Source: Callorhinchus milii
Lineage: Eukaryota
Reading direction: 5' to 3'
Length of the DNA: 64,000 bases
NCBI RefSeq assembly: GCF_018977255.1
Contig: NW_024704742.1
Location: 25,112,001-25,176,000, forward strand
The position numbers and the translations under genes are program-made. How positions within the stretch are numbered: the first letter of the stretch is position 1; each line of letters begins with the position of its first letter. The notes under the pieces were generated by a model. It made no database searches. It was not told where the DNA came from and was given only the letters and a program-made list of their open reading frames with translations. Shown here piece by piece: positions 52,554-64,000 of this stretch.

Positions 52554-53059
52554 AAGTGAGACAATGGTACCCATCATGTTCATAAAGATTTGTATATGTT
52601 GCTTGAAGCCAAACAAACATATTCAATACAAGAATAAAATCAATTCTCCCCCCCCCCACCCCAAGAAAAATAAAAGAAAAGCAAGGAACAAGCAAACATG
52701 AATATTATCATAACCACAATGTTTAACAGCTTAATTCTTTAACCTTGGGTAAAGGGAGGGTGATCTGTTAGTAATATGGAAATACAACTGTGACTGCATA
52801 GCAAACCACAAGAAAATGCCTTTAGGCAGCTTGATCCCAACATCAAAATCAACCTAATGAGATTCTATCCTTGTGATTCTTGCAAACAAAAATCCAGAGT
52901 ATTTCTGCAGCAAATAAAGGAGGCAACAAAGAAGGATGGTTTTGATCAGAAATTTAGCTCCATTCCTTAATTCACCACTAGGAAAATCTTTGCTATATGC
53001 ACAAATCACAATGGCAATGAGCATGCTGAATTGATATCTTACTGTAGCTGCATCTTTGC

Positions 53060-53512
53060 CATTCACGGCCTTGCTCCCTCCTACCTCTCCAACCTACTAT
53101 CCCCCTACCTACCTGCCCGTACCCTCCGTTCCTCTGGCTCTGGTCTGCTCCACGTCCCCCGCCCCAACCGCCCTACCATCGGTGGTCGGGCCTTCAGCCT
53201 CTCAGCCCCCAGGCTCTGGAACTCCATCCCCCAGTGCCTTCGCCTTGCTTCCTCCCTTTCCTCCTTCAAGGCCGGTCTCAAAACCTTTCTCTTTGACCGT
53301 GCCTTCAGCTCCCCTCTCGACTCTCTTCCCCCTCCTCGCTCCCTCCCTTCCCTCCCCTCACCCTGACCATTTCCCCCCTCCTTGCTCCCTCCCTTCCCTC
53401 ACCCTGACCATTTCCCCCCTGCTCGGGTCATGACCCAACTGTGCAGCGCCTTGGGACGTCCTCCTGACGTGAAAGGCGCTTTATAAATGGAATCTTGTTG
53501 TTGTTGTTGTTG
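53060..53512 (+). mobile_element. Young L2 3' fragment
   Basis: HGLAPSYLSNLLSPY..GRAFSLSAPRLWNSIP..FKAGLKTFLF; 3' end GCGCCTTGGGACGTCC..GAAAGGCGCT..(TTG)n. Confidence 0.88.
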
Positions 53513-54089
53513 AATGGACTTTTCCATTGCAGAACGAGAGCCCTTTTCAGCCCAGGAGTAACTCATAAACATTTCCTAACGTGACATGTCCATGGTTCCA
53601 GCAGGCACCAGGTACTTATGAATATTTTCCTACAACCAATCTGAATCTTTAAACTCATCTAAACTTGTAGCAGAATTTGTGTGTAGGATAAAGGCGTTTT
53701 TTGTTAATTAAAAAAAGAAAAAATGTCAAATTTACTCCCAAAATATAAAATCTGTTTCTTGAAGAAAACTCAGAATGCCCCCTTGTAAACAATATTTATT
53801 TTCCTATTTAAAAAGGGTAATTGCAGTCCCTTTGGGAAATTGAGCAATTATAGTTACACACCAGAACATCCCAAGTGTTTATCATTTAGTGACAACACTA
53901 TCCAGTATGGCAGTGACAAGTGCACCCAACTTTTGTGATAATGTAACACTGAAACAATAGATTAGTTTATACAAAAAGATCGAGTTGAAGAGTTTTAAGT
54001 TCTTCAGATACATATTGTTCCAATAATGCCAAGTTCAGGCCTCCACCATGTTGTTAAGTTAGATTTGTTCACATCATTTGGATACAATT

Positions 54090-55340
54090 ATACAGTCAAT
54101 TAAATTTAGTCTATTCTGTGAAGCGCTTTGAGACGTCTAGAAGATGTAAAAAGCGTTATATCAAATGCAAGGATTATTATTATTATTACAATCATTTTCT
54201 TTATTGGGAGGTCCTCCTGACGTGAAAGGCTCTATACAAATGTAATCTTGTTGTTGATGTTGTTATAATGTTTATTTTTGATAAACATATGATGTTGTCA
54301 AGATGTCTCTAAGTGCTTCACAGGATATACTAAAGTGTGGGCAAATGCAGCAGCCAATTTGCACACAGTAATGTCCCACAAATAGCCATTGAGTGAGTAA
54401 CCAATCTTATGATAGTAATAACCCTTGCATTTTGTATAGTGCTTTATCACGTCAGAAGGACGTCTCAAAACGCTTCACAGGATTTACTGTGAAATGGAGT
54501 GACTGTGTATTTTGTCTGCAAATGCAGCAGCACAATTGCACACAGCAATGTCCCACAACCAGCTATAATAATAATCCTTGCATTTGATATAGTGCTTTTC
54601 ACGTCTTCTAGACGTCTCAAAGCACTTCACATAATAGACTGTAAAGTGAATTGACTGTATATTTTTGGGCGAAGCTATGAATTGAGTAACCAATTTAATT
54701 TGGGGGATTGTTGCCCAGGAAAAGAGAAACTCCCTTCACTTTTCGAATAGTGCCATAGGATCTTTCACGTCCACCTGAACTGGCAGACAGGACCCTGTTT
54801 AACATCTTATCCAAAGGTCCAACAATGGAACCCACACCCAGTGCTGGACTGGAGCATTGGCCTAGTCTATAGGTTACAAGGACATGTGGGACTTGAACTC
54901 ACAACCTTCTCACTCAGAGACAAGAACTGAGCCAAGTGGACACATATACAATACCTTCTACTTGCATCAAACCTATTTTGGAGAATGTCTTCTTACTTTA
55001 GATTCAACTTCTTATAAAATTAAATGGTTGATTAGATAAACAATGATAATAATCCTTGCATTTGATACAGCACTTTTCGCATTCAGGAAGATGTTTCACA
55101 GGCTTCACTGTAATGTGTGGTATCTGTATTTGTATGCATGAGTAGCAGCCAATTTATACATAGCATTATCCCAAAAATAGCTATGACCAATTTTATCTGG
55201 AAGATTGAAGATCTTCCTCTTTCACATGCTTTGGGTCACCTCCTCTCTCCAAGGCGCAGAGTTAAGCTCTGCCACTGTTCAAGCTCCGAGACGTTACACA
55301 TGTGAAGGGCGCTATATAAATGCAAGGTGTTGTTGATTGT
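54090..55340. mobile_element. Cluster of nested or stacked SINE and L2 3' ends plus a minus-strand Deu-SINE (54690-54935)
   Basis: At least six copies of the shared tail in both orientations. Confidence 0.75.
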
Positions 55341-57627
55341 TGGTCAGAACACCAGGTAAAAACTCCTCTTTTCAAATAGTTTTACTGTCAAGCTAAGGAA
55401 AATCAGTTTTACTGTTAGGCCAAAGAAGTAAGTCGGCGCTAGAAACTGCAAGGGAGGGAAATAAGTAGAGTGCTGGCAGGGGACTAAAACTAACACTGAC
55501 ATAATACATATTAAACACGAGGATAGTGAAATTAATCATAATTCTCCAAAATTGATCAAAGCTTACGGATAGTAAGACTGTGCTCTTTCTAAACCTGGAA
55601 CATGGATGATATGAGAAATCCTCCTTGCTCCTCTTGACTGAAGAATAATCGGTTGTGGCTTGGAAGAAGTATCCTCAAAGAAATGTTTTACACTGCATTA
55701 CTTTTCCTGGCAAATGAGTGTTGGATGATGCATTTAACCATGAATCATCATTTAACGCTCATTTGAAAGGAAAACTAATGCAGCAGAATGTCTGATACTC
55801 TCAAATGAGTGTCTGCTCAACTGTAATATTTGACTTTCCCTGAAGTTATGATTCTGTGTCACACATGAGAGCTACATGTTCATAACAGATCTCATACTGC
55901 TTTGTATTTTGATTCCACCATTTTAACGGCACAGCATTCTGAAATTTGGACAACAAACTGATAACCCATATAGTTTCTACAGCCTCATCTTGCCCATCAG
56001 TGGAGATATCAGATGTTCTACTCCACTCAAAACCCAATATTCATAAATTGTTTTTTTTAAAAAGTAGACGAGAACAATTTCATACAAATGGCAAATGTTA
56101 GCACCAAAACCTTCAAAGAAGATCTTCAATCCTATGGAATGCTAATTGAAGTGCAAAACACGAATGCGTTAACAGCTCTAACTGTGCAAGAGCACGAATG
56201 GAGTACCTCACCAACCTGATGCTATGTCAAATACTGGATGTTTCAGAAACAAAAGCACAACTCAGGGCTGCTATCTCCTGGAGACCTTGCACATGAAAAT
56301 AATGATTCAGGGATGGATGACTAGTCCTTACCAATACTCCCTCAGGAGTATTGCCTTTCCATTGCTCGATCCACTGCATTTTTAAAAGCATCTCATGAAT
56401 CGCATCTTAGTAGCACCACCTTCCCTTATTTTCTAAGACAGAATCAAGCAATGCTTTATGTCATAAATGCCAGAAAGATACGCAAGCTTCAAAAGACACA
56501 TTTGGGATTTCTTGCCAGCTTTCAGCTATGATGACCTCTGGAAGAGGTTGTTTATTTAAGACCTTCCTCCTGGAGAATTAAAGTGCTAGGGGGATCCCGA
56601 GCACACCTTGTGATGTGAATAGTGAATAGGTGAATAGTGACAGAGCTTGCAGTCCAGCTTCAAAAACTAACTGCATCAGTGAGGGGGAAAAAGCCACTTG
56701 ATGATAAGTGCAGCAAAAAAAAACTTGTATAACAAAAAAAATTGTAAAATATCAATACAAACTAATATGGAAAGATAATATATACATATATAATCATAAT
56801 AAAAATATAAACGCTCAATCCTCAAAGATGGGATCGCTCACATGAAATAGATAGTTAAAACATCAGTTTAGATGCCAAATCTGCGCAAGTAGCCAAGGTT
56901 GGAACTACAGTGCAAGAGGATCAGTGCCGGATTCAAAAAGTCCCTCAAGGTGGGATCGACTGTGTACCCCCAGGGTGTTCCAGTCCCCCTCCATTTACAA
57001 TTAATCTCTCTGCGAAACACACCTACCTCTCCTCATCGTTTACACACCCTTTCTGGTTTCATCTACTCGCAAGAAAAAAAACAATAGCAGCAACACAGCA
57101 GTGAGTCGCACGCCAGCAGCTGTACCAGCTGGTGTGTTGCTTGAAAATGACTCTCCTCTTTCTGACTTGCAGAGGGAGAAGAGAGAGAGACTCTCACACA
57201 CACACACACAAACATACGCACACACTCGTGTCTGTGCACATACTCGCGTACACACAAACCCAGACATATGGGCGATAACATAGATAGAGGTGAATGTCAC
57301 CCATTGGCAGAGGAAAATATTTTGATTAAAGTGAAGGAGGCCAAGGACCACGGAGGACTAGGTAGGACGAGCTGGTGGGGGAGGGTGGGGGGCAGTTTGA
57401 GAGGGAAAGCATGGTTCTGAGCGTTGATGAGTGGGTGAGATTAAAAGGAGCTGGGTCCTGGGCAATTGCTGTTTTGGTCTGGAAGTAAAATGGTCTCATT
57501 TACTAAATAACAGGTGAATGTGACATTTGTGAAAGAGAGTTACATATACAAGTATGTAGAAAGAGCAGGAGAGGCAGAGGGGGCGAGCAGAAGCAGAAAG
57601 CAAGGTAGTGAGCTAATGATGGTGGAA

Positions 57628-57875
57628 CAATAATAATCCTTGCATTTGATATAGCGCTTTTCACGTCTTCTCGACGTCTCAAAGCGCTTCACAGAATAAT
57701 AATAATAATAATCCTTGCATTTGATATAGCGCTTTTCACGTCGGGAAGACGTCCCAAAGTGCTTCACAGAACACTGTAAAGTGAATTGACTGTATATTTG
57801 TGGGCGAACGCGGCAGCCAATTGCGCACAGCAGTGTCCCACAATCAGTCATGGATGGAAAATGACCAATTTATTA
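57628..57875 (-). mobile_element. SINE 3' half followed by a second stacked tail
   Basis: Two tandem ATAATAATCCTTGCATTTGATATAGCGCTTTTCACGTC..GCTTCACAGAA blocks. Confidence 0.85.
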
Positions 57876-58156
57876 TTGTTTTTTTATTTTGGAGGGACTA
57901 ACAAGGGAAGAGTTCGTAAAAAACTTTGGGAGAGGGTGGGTTGGGCAAGCTTTTTGAAGCTGGACTGCAAGCTCTGTCACTATTCACCTTGCGAGTGAGC
58001 GAAAAGGCAGTAATTTTAAATTATTAAAATTCCAAACATAGTATTAAAAATGGCAGCTGTCGATCATTAAGTGCAATGGAATTTTGTTGTTGGGTGAGGG
58101 GGAATAAGAGAAAGAGGCAGATAAAAATCACAATGGGAGAGAGGGGTAACATTTAC

Positions 58157-58318
58157 CTTCTTGTGCCTCTGATGCAGAAGCTGGTGGTGCAGAGGCAGAT
58201 ACAGGTGGACCAACTGAAGTAGGTGGATGTCTTGCAAGAGGAGTCCCAACTGGTGGAAACTGTCCTACATTTGGTCTGCCAAGCTGATAACTTTGGTTGA
58301 TGTGATGGGATATCGAAC
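58157..58318 (-). CDS. SEC24B: SEC24B exon 3: GSISHHINQSYQLGRPNVGQFPPVGTPLARHPPTSVGPPVSASAPPASASEAQE
   Basis: TTTAG acceptor, AG|GTAAAT donor, 162 nt, open in phase 1-1 linking exons 2 and 4; low sequence conservation. Confidence 0.8.
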
Positions 58319-58624
58319 CTAAATGCAGAACAGGCTTTTATTACCACTTTCCTGACTTGAACAGGCATTGTTTGATACAAGACAGCAACTATTCAAATTA
58401 CATGATGCAAAAGGAATCTTGAGGCTTATCCAGTCAAATGAAGATGAAAACAAAAGTGATGACTTTTGATCACTTGTAAAAACTTAAACCAAATTATTTT
58501 TGTTTACATTTGTGTAGCAAACTTTATTTTAAACTTTGCTAATTATGACTATCCAACCTTTACCATTGGAACTATAATTGTTCTGAAGGTTCAGGCATGT
58601 AGTGTGCTCCATTCATATCCTTCA

Positions 58625-58925
58625 CATGAGCTCAGCGGGCTCTGCCTACTTCATGTTCCCCCACCTTGCCTGCCACACCACTGGCGGGTGGCCTTCAGCC
58701 TGTCTGTCCCCATCCTCTGGAACTCCATCCCACAGTCCCTCAGCTTCGCCCATCCCTTGCCTCCTTCAAGACTCGTCTCAAGACCCTCTTCTTCAACCGT
58801 GCCTTCGGTCACCCTCCTTCCCCCTTGCCCTCCACCCTCCCCGTTCGGGTCCAAACCCTGACTGTCCAGCGCTTTGGGATGTCCTCCCAACATGAAAGAC
58901 GCTATACAAATGTCATTTTGTATTG
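58625..58925 (+). mobile_element. L2 3' fragment
   Basis: Colinear with 53130-53500. Confidence 0.8.
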
Positions 58926-60179
58926 TATGTGACATTAAACCAAGAACCCTGCTGCCTATTCAGGGGGACGTTAAATATCCCATGGCATTATTCTAATAGA
59001 GAATGAAATTTCACCCAGTGTCCGAGCCAAAAATCTCCAGATAAAATTGTCCAGTCGCTCCATGGCTGTTTGTAGGACATTTCTGTGTGCGATTTGGTTG
59101 CTGAATTTGCTTACAAAATATGAAGTCACTACACTTTAGCATAAATCCTATGAAGCACTTCGAGACATTCTTCTGGCATCAAATGCAAGGATTTAAAAAA
59201 AAAATTCAGCTTTGAATTTTTAAACAATTTTATGCAGAAAGTCAATTGAATTTGCTATTTTTAAATGCTAGCCAGCATAGACATGTGGTCAAGCTTAAGC
59301 AATTTTACTTAAGAATGCGCACTACTGATCCTCAAAGCAGCTCTAAAAATGAAATATTCTTGCCAACTCACATTTCTCATGCTGCTATATATAACCTCTG
59401 TATTTCTTAGTATCAACAAAGGGCCCTTTTTCATCAGTTTGTAGTAAAATATTACTTTATTGATTAATGGTACGATGAGACCAAAGAAGTTAAATAATGT
59501 CACATCTGTTCCCAGAAAGCTCCCTGCCAGTTTATCCTTCCAGCTTTCCTAGGCAAAACGGTAAGCAATAAGCAGTCCCATACAGCTTACATCCATAAAT
59601 AGACCAATCCTATTTTACCATCCACTGTGCTTTAGAAAGGATCATGTATATTATTTCATGAAATAACCTTTCAAAGCACAGTTTTAAATGCTTTAAAAGG
59701 GTGTATAGTGTGGACAGTTTCAATTACAAGGTACCGATTTTGACTATAAACTTGGATCTTCATAGAGAATTCAAGGGGGGGGTTAATAGTTACAGAAAGA
59801 TAAATCACTGAGTGACAAAAGTTACATAACTCACAAAGCTGATAGACGGATGAATAATGTGTGCAGGTTTGACTCTAAGATGATTTATTGTCCAGTAAAC
59901 TAGGTATCTTCTATGCCATTTTACCCCTTATTTGGCACTCGGCTACTCTGAACTGTTTAAGACCAGTAATCTTTTTAAAGAATTGTTCTTGCTTGAAATG
60001 TTGGGGACGTGACTGTTCAAATTGGGAAGAAGCACCACGTAAAAAAAACAGCAAGAGAGACCAGGGAGAACAAGAGGAGATCAGGGAGAACAAGAAACCA
60101 GAGAGAAAAAACAGAAGGCAGAGACCACAAGGAGATAATGGTAAACAGGAAAGCAAGAAACAGAATGGAGAAAACAAAT

Positions 60180-60480
60180 AATACATCTTACACTTGATAC
60201 AGCGCATTTCGCCTTCAGAGGACATTGCAAAGTAATTCACAGGATATAAAGCGTAGTGACTACGCATTTGTAGGCGAATGGGGTAGCCAATTTTACACAC
60301 AGCAACGTCACATAAACAGCCATAAAGTGAATGACCAATTTTATCTGGGGGATTATAGGCCAGGACATTAGGAATAAACTGCTTTTTCTTTTCAAATAGT
60401 ATCATGGATCTTTTAACTTCCACCTGAACAGGCAGCCAGGACCTCAGTTAGAAGTCTCATCCGAAGGTTGGCACATCCAA
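60180..60480 (-). mobile_element. Deu-domain SINE 3' half (a head fragment lies at 61530-61660)
   Basis: ATCATGGATCTTTT..CCACCTGAA..GTCTCATCCGAAGG. Confidence 0.7.
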
Positions 60481-60694
60481 AATTGAACATATCCCCTGGT
60501 AGCCCAATTGCACCAAACTGCCATAAATTTAATCCTAACAAAGTGTGCAAGAGGTGGAAAATTCACCATCTGGTGCAGCATGTGATGTTTTTCTGTGGTT
60601 GGGCCCGAGACAGATCATTGGCGTAGAATAGAAGATTTAATCTGCACTTAGCCTGACTTGGGGGTTTGTTGTCGATATAATGGGGATAGAAATT

Positions 60695-60865
60695 CCACTT
60701 TGGTCTAGATTTAGTCTATTTTCTGGAATTTGACAAATTTTAAAAAGCAGTCTTAGTCCTGAAAAACAACTTCAAAAACTTTAGCTAAGTTATAACTACA
60801 TTTAAGAATTTGTCACATTCTAGACTTTCCAAAATGCTAGGAAAATACACTGAATCTAGACCCAA
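60695..60865. mobile_element. Palindromic MITE-like element
   Basis: GGTCTAGATTTAGTCTATTTTC at the left pairs with GAAAATACACTGAATCTAGACC at the right; internal TTTGACAAATT / AATTTGTCACA. Confidence 0.55.
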
Positions 60866-60869
60866 GTAG

Positions 60870-61525
60870 TGTTAAGACTTGTGCTTACTGTGGATGTGCT
60901 TACCAGCAGAATAAGAGTTAACAAAGGGAGCTGACAAGTCAAAATTTAAGTTGGGATGTGCTGAAAACAAGCTAGAGTAAACGTTGCAACGATGTTATCT
61001 GTAACTGACAATCGGGATCACAGAAGGGTATGTGTCACCACTGAAACTCACGATTCAAAGAAACGGTTGGGACAGGAAGCCTGAAAAACAAGCATGGTAG
61101 TCTGATAAGCAGAAGCAATCCAGGCACGTAGCAACTGCGCGATGTATTGTGCGAGTGAGTTATGTTCACATGAACATCACAGGGACAATGCGTGTACCCA
61201 AGCGATCTGATCAATAGTTGATGATTGGACGACTACAAGCTTAAAAAGGCCGTGCCAAACCCAGATAGTGGGCGCCTCCAAGACAAGACATACCGTGGAT
61301 GGAAGATTGAAAGCTAGAACATTGAAGCTGACAACCACGGGGAAGACCTGCGGAACAATTGACAACTGCAAGGAAGATTTGTGGAACGGTAGTATTGTTT
61401 TGTTAATGGATCTATTGACTGTACCCACTTGTCCTCGCCCAACGGGAACTTGAACGGAACCTTGAGTTCTAATAAACACAACTCTGGTTGCAAACAGTAG
61501 TTGGTTTGATCTCTGGTTCTTTACA
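60870..61525 (+). mobile_element. Solo LTR, 656 bp
   Basis: TG...CA termini with 7/8 inverted match (TGTTAAGA / TCTTTACA), 4-bp TSD GTAG both sides, TATA-like CTTAAAAAG near 61240, AATAAA about 50 nt before the 3' end. Confidence 0.8.
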
Positions 61526-61617
61526 GTAGACCAACAACCAGCATTCCCCCAGCTCTGCACTGCAATGTAAGCCTAGACTATACAAATTCAACATCCCAGC
61601 TTGGGGCTTGGACTCAC

Positions 61618-61648
<31 letters not shown>

Positions 61649-62858
61649 GACTGAGCCAGGTTGACCCCCTTGAGGTGTAAATTGAGGGAAAACAATGTAT
61701 TTACAAAGCAACTACTGTATACTGCAAAATTATTAAGTGTGTAGACTTAAACCTCATTAAGCAGGAACAAACATAAGAATGGTAAGAGTGTCAGGAGTAA
61801 AGCAACTTCTAATGCCTGAGTAATAGATATTATTAATGGTGTCTAGAGGAATACATAATGTTGAAATACTCAACATCTTACTTGCTTTATTTTTGCTTGG
61901 CAATCAAAATTTAGTTTGTACGAAATGTCTAATAAAATGCCCAAACATTTCCAATTGGCCATTATCATTATTTGATCAATTTGATACAATTGACATCTCA
62001 GTAATTACCCGCAGCTTTCCAATTCATTAAATAACATCAAAAAATTTGGTACATTGTTCTGGGCCTGTAAAATCCAGGCAAATGAAACCGGAAAATGCAC
62101 GCTCACAGAGCAGGTGACTATTTAGAAAATCGATCCCTAGTGAATATCTTGGCAATACTGTGCTGCAAAAATACAAGTCTGTCTCCTTTCAGAGGGTGAC
62201 ATTGCTCCAAAAACAAGGCAGCGGTAAAACACACAAACCTAGAGAGCAAAACCGATGGAAGAAAAAACAGAATTAAAAGGCAATGAAGATTGTTCTAGTC
62301 CAGAAGTCGACGTGAGAAGGCGCTATATCAAATGCAAAGATTATTATGATTCTTATCAAGTCACCTGGATAGTTTCACAAAGGTGTAAAAGTCTTTGAAA
62401 TTCCATCCGATAATTCTTGCTCCTCTTAAAAGAAACCGCGTGTTCATTTTGCAGCGTTACACACTCCAATTAATAATTAGTTATAATTTGATCTGGTCGT
62501 AAATTTAGAATTTCAATACAATTTTTAGCAGCCAACAATAGTGCTCTCCTTCAATCAGATGCAGCTGAAACTACTGAAAATCCATGGGAGCTGAAAAAAA
62601 GGCTAATGCTATGCGCAACCTTTTAAAAGTATGACTTTCAAATCTTGTGGTCGGAAAGTACTACAATCTGACCAAACAATGCTGAAAAGTAAGCAAGCTA
62701 CAATATTGCTATTTTAGTCAAGATAATTTTTTGCACATAAGAGTTACCCACAGACATGCTCTTCAAATTAAAAAAGGACCATATAGTGTACTTTTCTCTC
62801 CCTTCTCTCAATATAATGAATACCCCACCCTCGAAAAAAAATCTGAACAATCTCTGAC

Positions 62859-63959
62859 CTTTGTTTGTTTGACTGTTCGCAGAAGGTTTGGCAATCAGAG
62901 TGGTTGGCGTTGTTGTTGATCCTACAGATGGGGATTGCCATGATGCAGCAGTACTTCCAACAGAAACTGGCCGAAAAGATGTTTGCGTTTGTCTTGGTCC
63001 AGTTTCTGGCAGTGGTTTCACATGACTGGGCAAGATACCAACTATCGGCTGGTTGGTAGTGGGGTGGAGAGGCTGGTTGGTAGCAAGGAAAAAAGGCTGG
63101 TTGGTAGCGGGGTGGAGAGGCTGGTTGGTAGCGGGGAGGAGAGGCTGGTTGGTAGCGGGGAGGAGAGGCTGGTTGGTAGCGGGGAGGAGAGGCTGGTTGG
63201 TAGCGGGGAGGAGAGGCTGGTTGGTAGCGGGGAGGAGAGGCTGGTTGGTAGCGGGGAGGAGAGGCTGGTTGGTAGCGGGGAGGAGAGGCTGGTTGGTAGC
63301 GGGGAGGAGAGGCTGGTTGGTAGCGGGGAGGAGAGGCTGGTTGGTAGCGGGGAGGAGAGGCTGGTTGGTAGCGGGGAGGAGAGGCTGGTTGGTAGCGGGG
63401 AGGAGAGGCTGGTTGGTAGCGGGGAGGAGAGGCTGGTTGGTTGTGGGGTGAATAGTCTGTGAAGTTAAAGGGACATTATAATGGCTACTGAAAGATGGCA
63501 TGGCATTATAAGATAATCCAGGATAAGCATTCTTAGCAATAGGAGCAGAATGAAGAGCAACTCCCTGAGAAGGTACATTATAGGGAACTTGGCGAGGATA
63601 TTGTCCACCCGTAGAGTAATTTGTTTGCTGAGGAGAACTTAAGGGAGGTCTGATAATGGTCTGGTGAGGACCCGGAGGACTAATTGATGAAGGAGCCAAT
63701 GGAAGTGTGGTATACATCTGACTAGATCCTTGAGAAGTACCCAATGATGACGGACACAGGGAAGGTGTAACCATGTTCTGGCCAGACGCTTGGTAGTTAT
63801 TCTGGTAGTAGGTGAAGTCACACGGTCCAGTGATGGGTGGACGTGATGCTTTATTGGGCACTTGCTGGTAAAGTTCTGGAGCAGTACTGCTGTTCTGCAG
63901 AGGTGCTCCATATTCAGTTGATAGAGGTTGCTGCATAGACAACAGATTCTTTGTTGGGT
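62859..63959 (-). CDS. SEC24B: SEC24B exon 2: 1101-nt P/S/Q/Y-rich disordered N-terminal region
   Basis: TTTTTTAG acceptor at 63960, AAAG|GTCAGA donor at 62858, open in phase 1-1; [12 protein letters not shown] resembles human NAAYPSVSYPSLP. Confidence 0.88.
63047..63450 (-). repeat. Coding 24-bp tandem repeat, 17 units (PATNQPLL)
   Basis: GGCTGGTTGG recurs every 24 nt from 63047 to 63431; 13 identical central units. Confidence 0.97.
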
Positions 63960-64000
63960 CTAAAAAAGGAAAGCATACATGAGTACAGAATTTTTTTATG

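Noticed and set aside
62698..62858. C-terminal extension of the 414-aa ORF
   Set aside because: Read-through past the exon 2 donor into intron sequence
62983..63462. Plus-strand repeat ORFs (RLVGSGEE)n and (GWLVAGRR)n
   Set aside because: Antisense shadows of the 24-bp coding repeat
17779..63959. Assignment as SEC24A or as a pseudogene
   Set aside because: The acidic exon 4, YDTLEGG exon 5 and exon 10 sequence match SEC24B as recalled; all 23 exons join in one open frame with canonical splice sites

Overview
Eukaryotic (vertebrate) genomic DNA. The repeat content (CR1 and L2 LINEs, Deu-domain SINEs, a Penelope-derived element) suggests a cartilaginous fish; this is inference. The window is dominated by SEC24B (COPII cargo adaptor) on the minus strand. 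I traced 23 coding exons (exons 2-24, 63959 down to stop TAA at 17779-17781; 3935 nt, about 1310 codons), all with GT-AG boundaries and consistent phases; exon 1 lies beyond the right edge. Downstream on the same strand is a 90-nt first coding exon (6851-6940) encoding a mitochondrial-presequence-like peptide, most likely MCUB by human synteny, set between several kb of TG-rich simple repeats. The most notable observations are a 17-unit 24-bp coding tandem repeat (PATNQPLL) in the SEC24B N-terminus, a candidate alternative/poison exon in intron 3, a decayed Penelope-type hammerhead ribozyme, a solo LTR, MITEs with target-site duplications, a long AT-rich hairpin and an unexplained dispersed ~38-bp motif. 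I found no clearly new multi-gene system.
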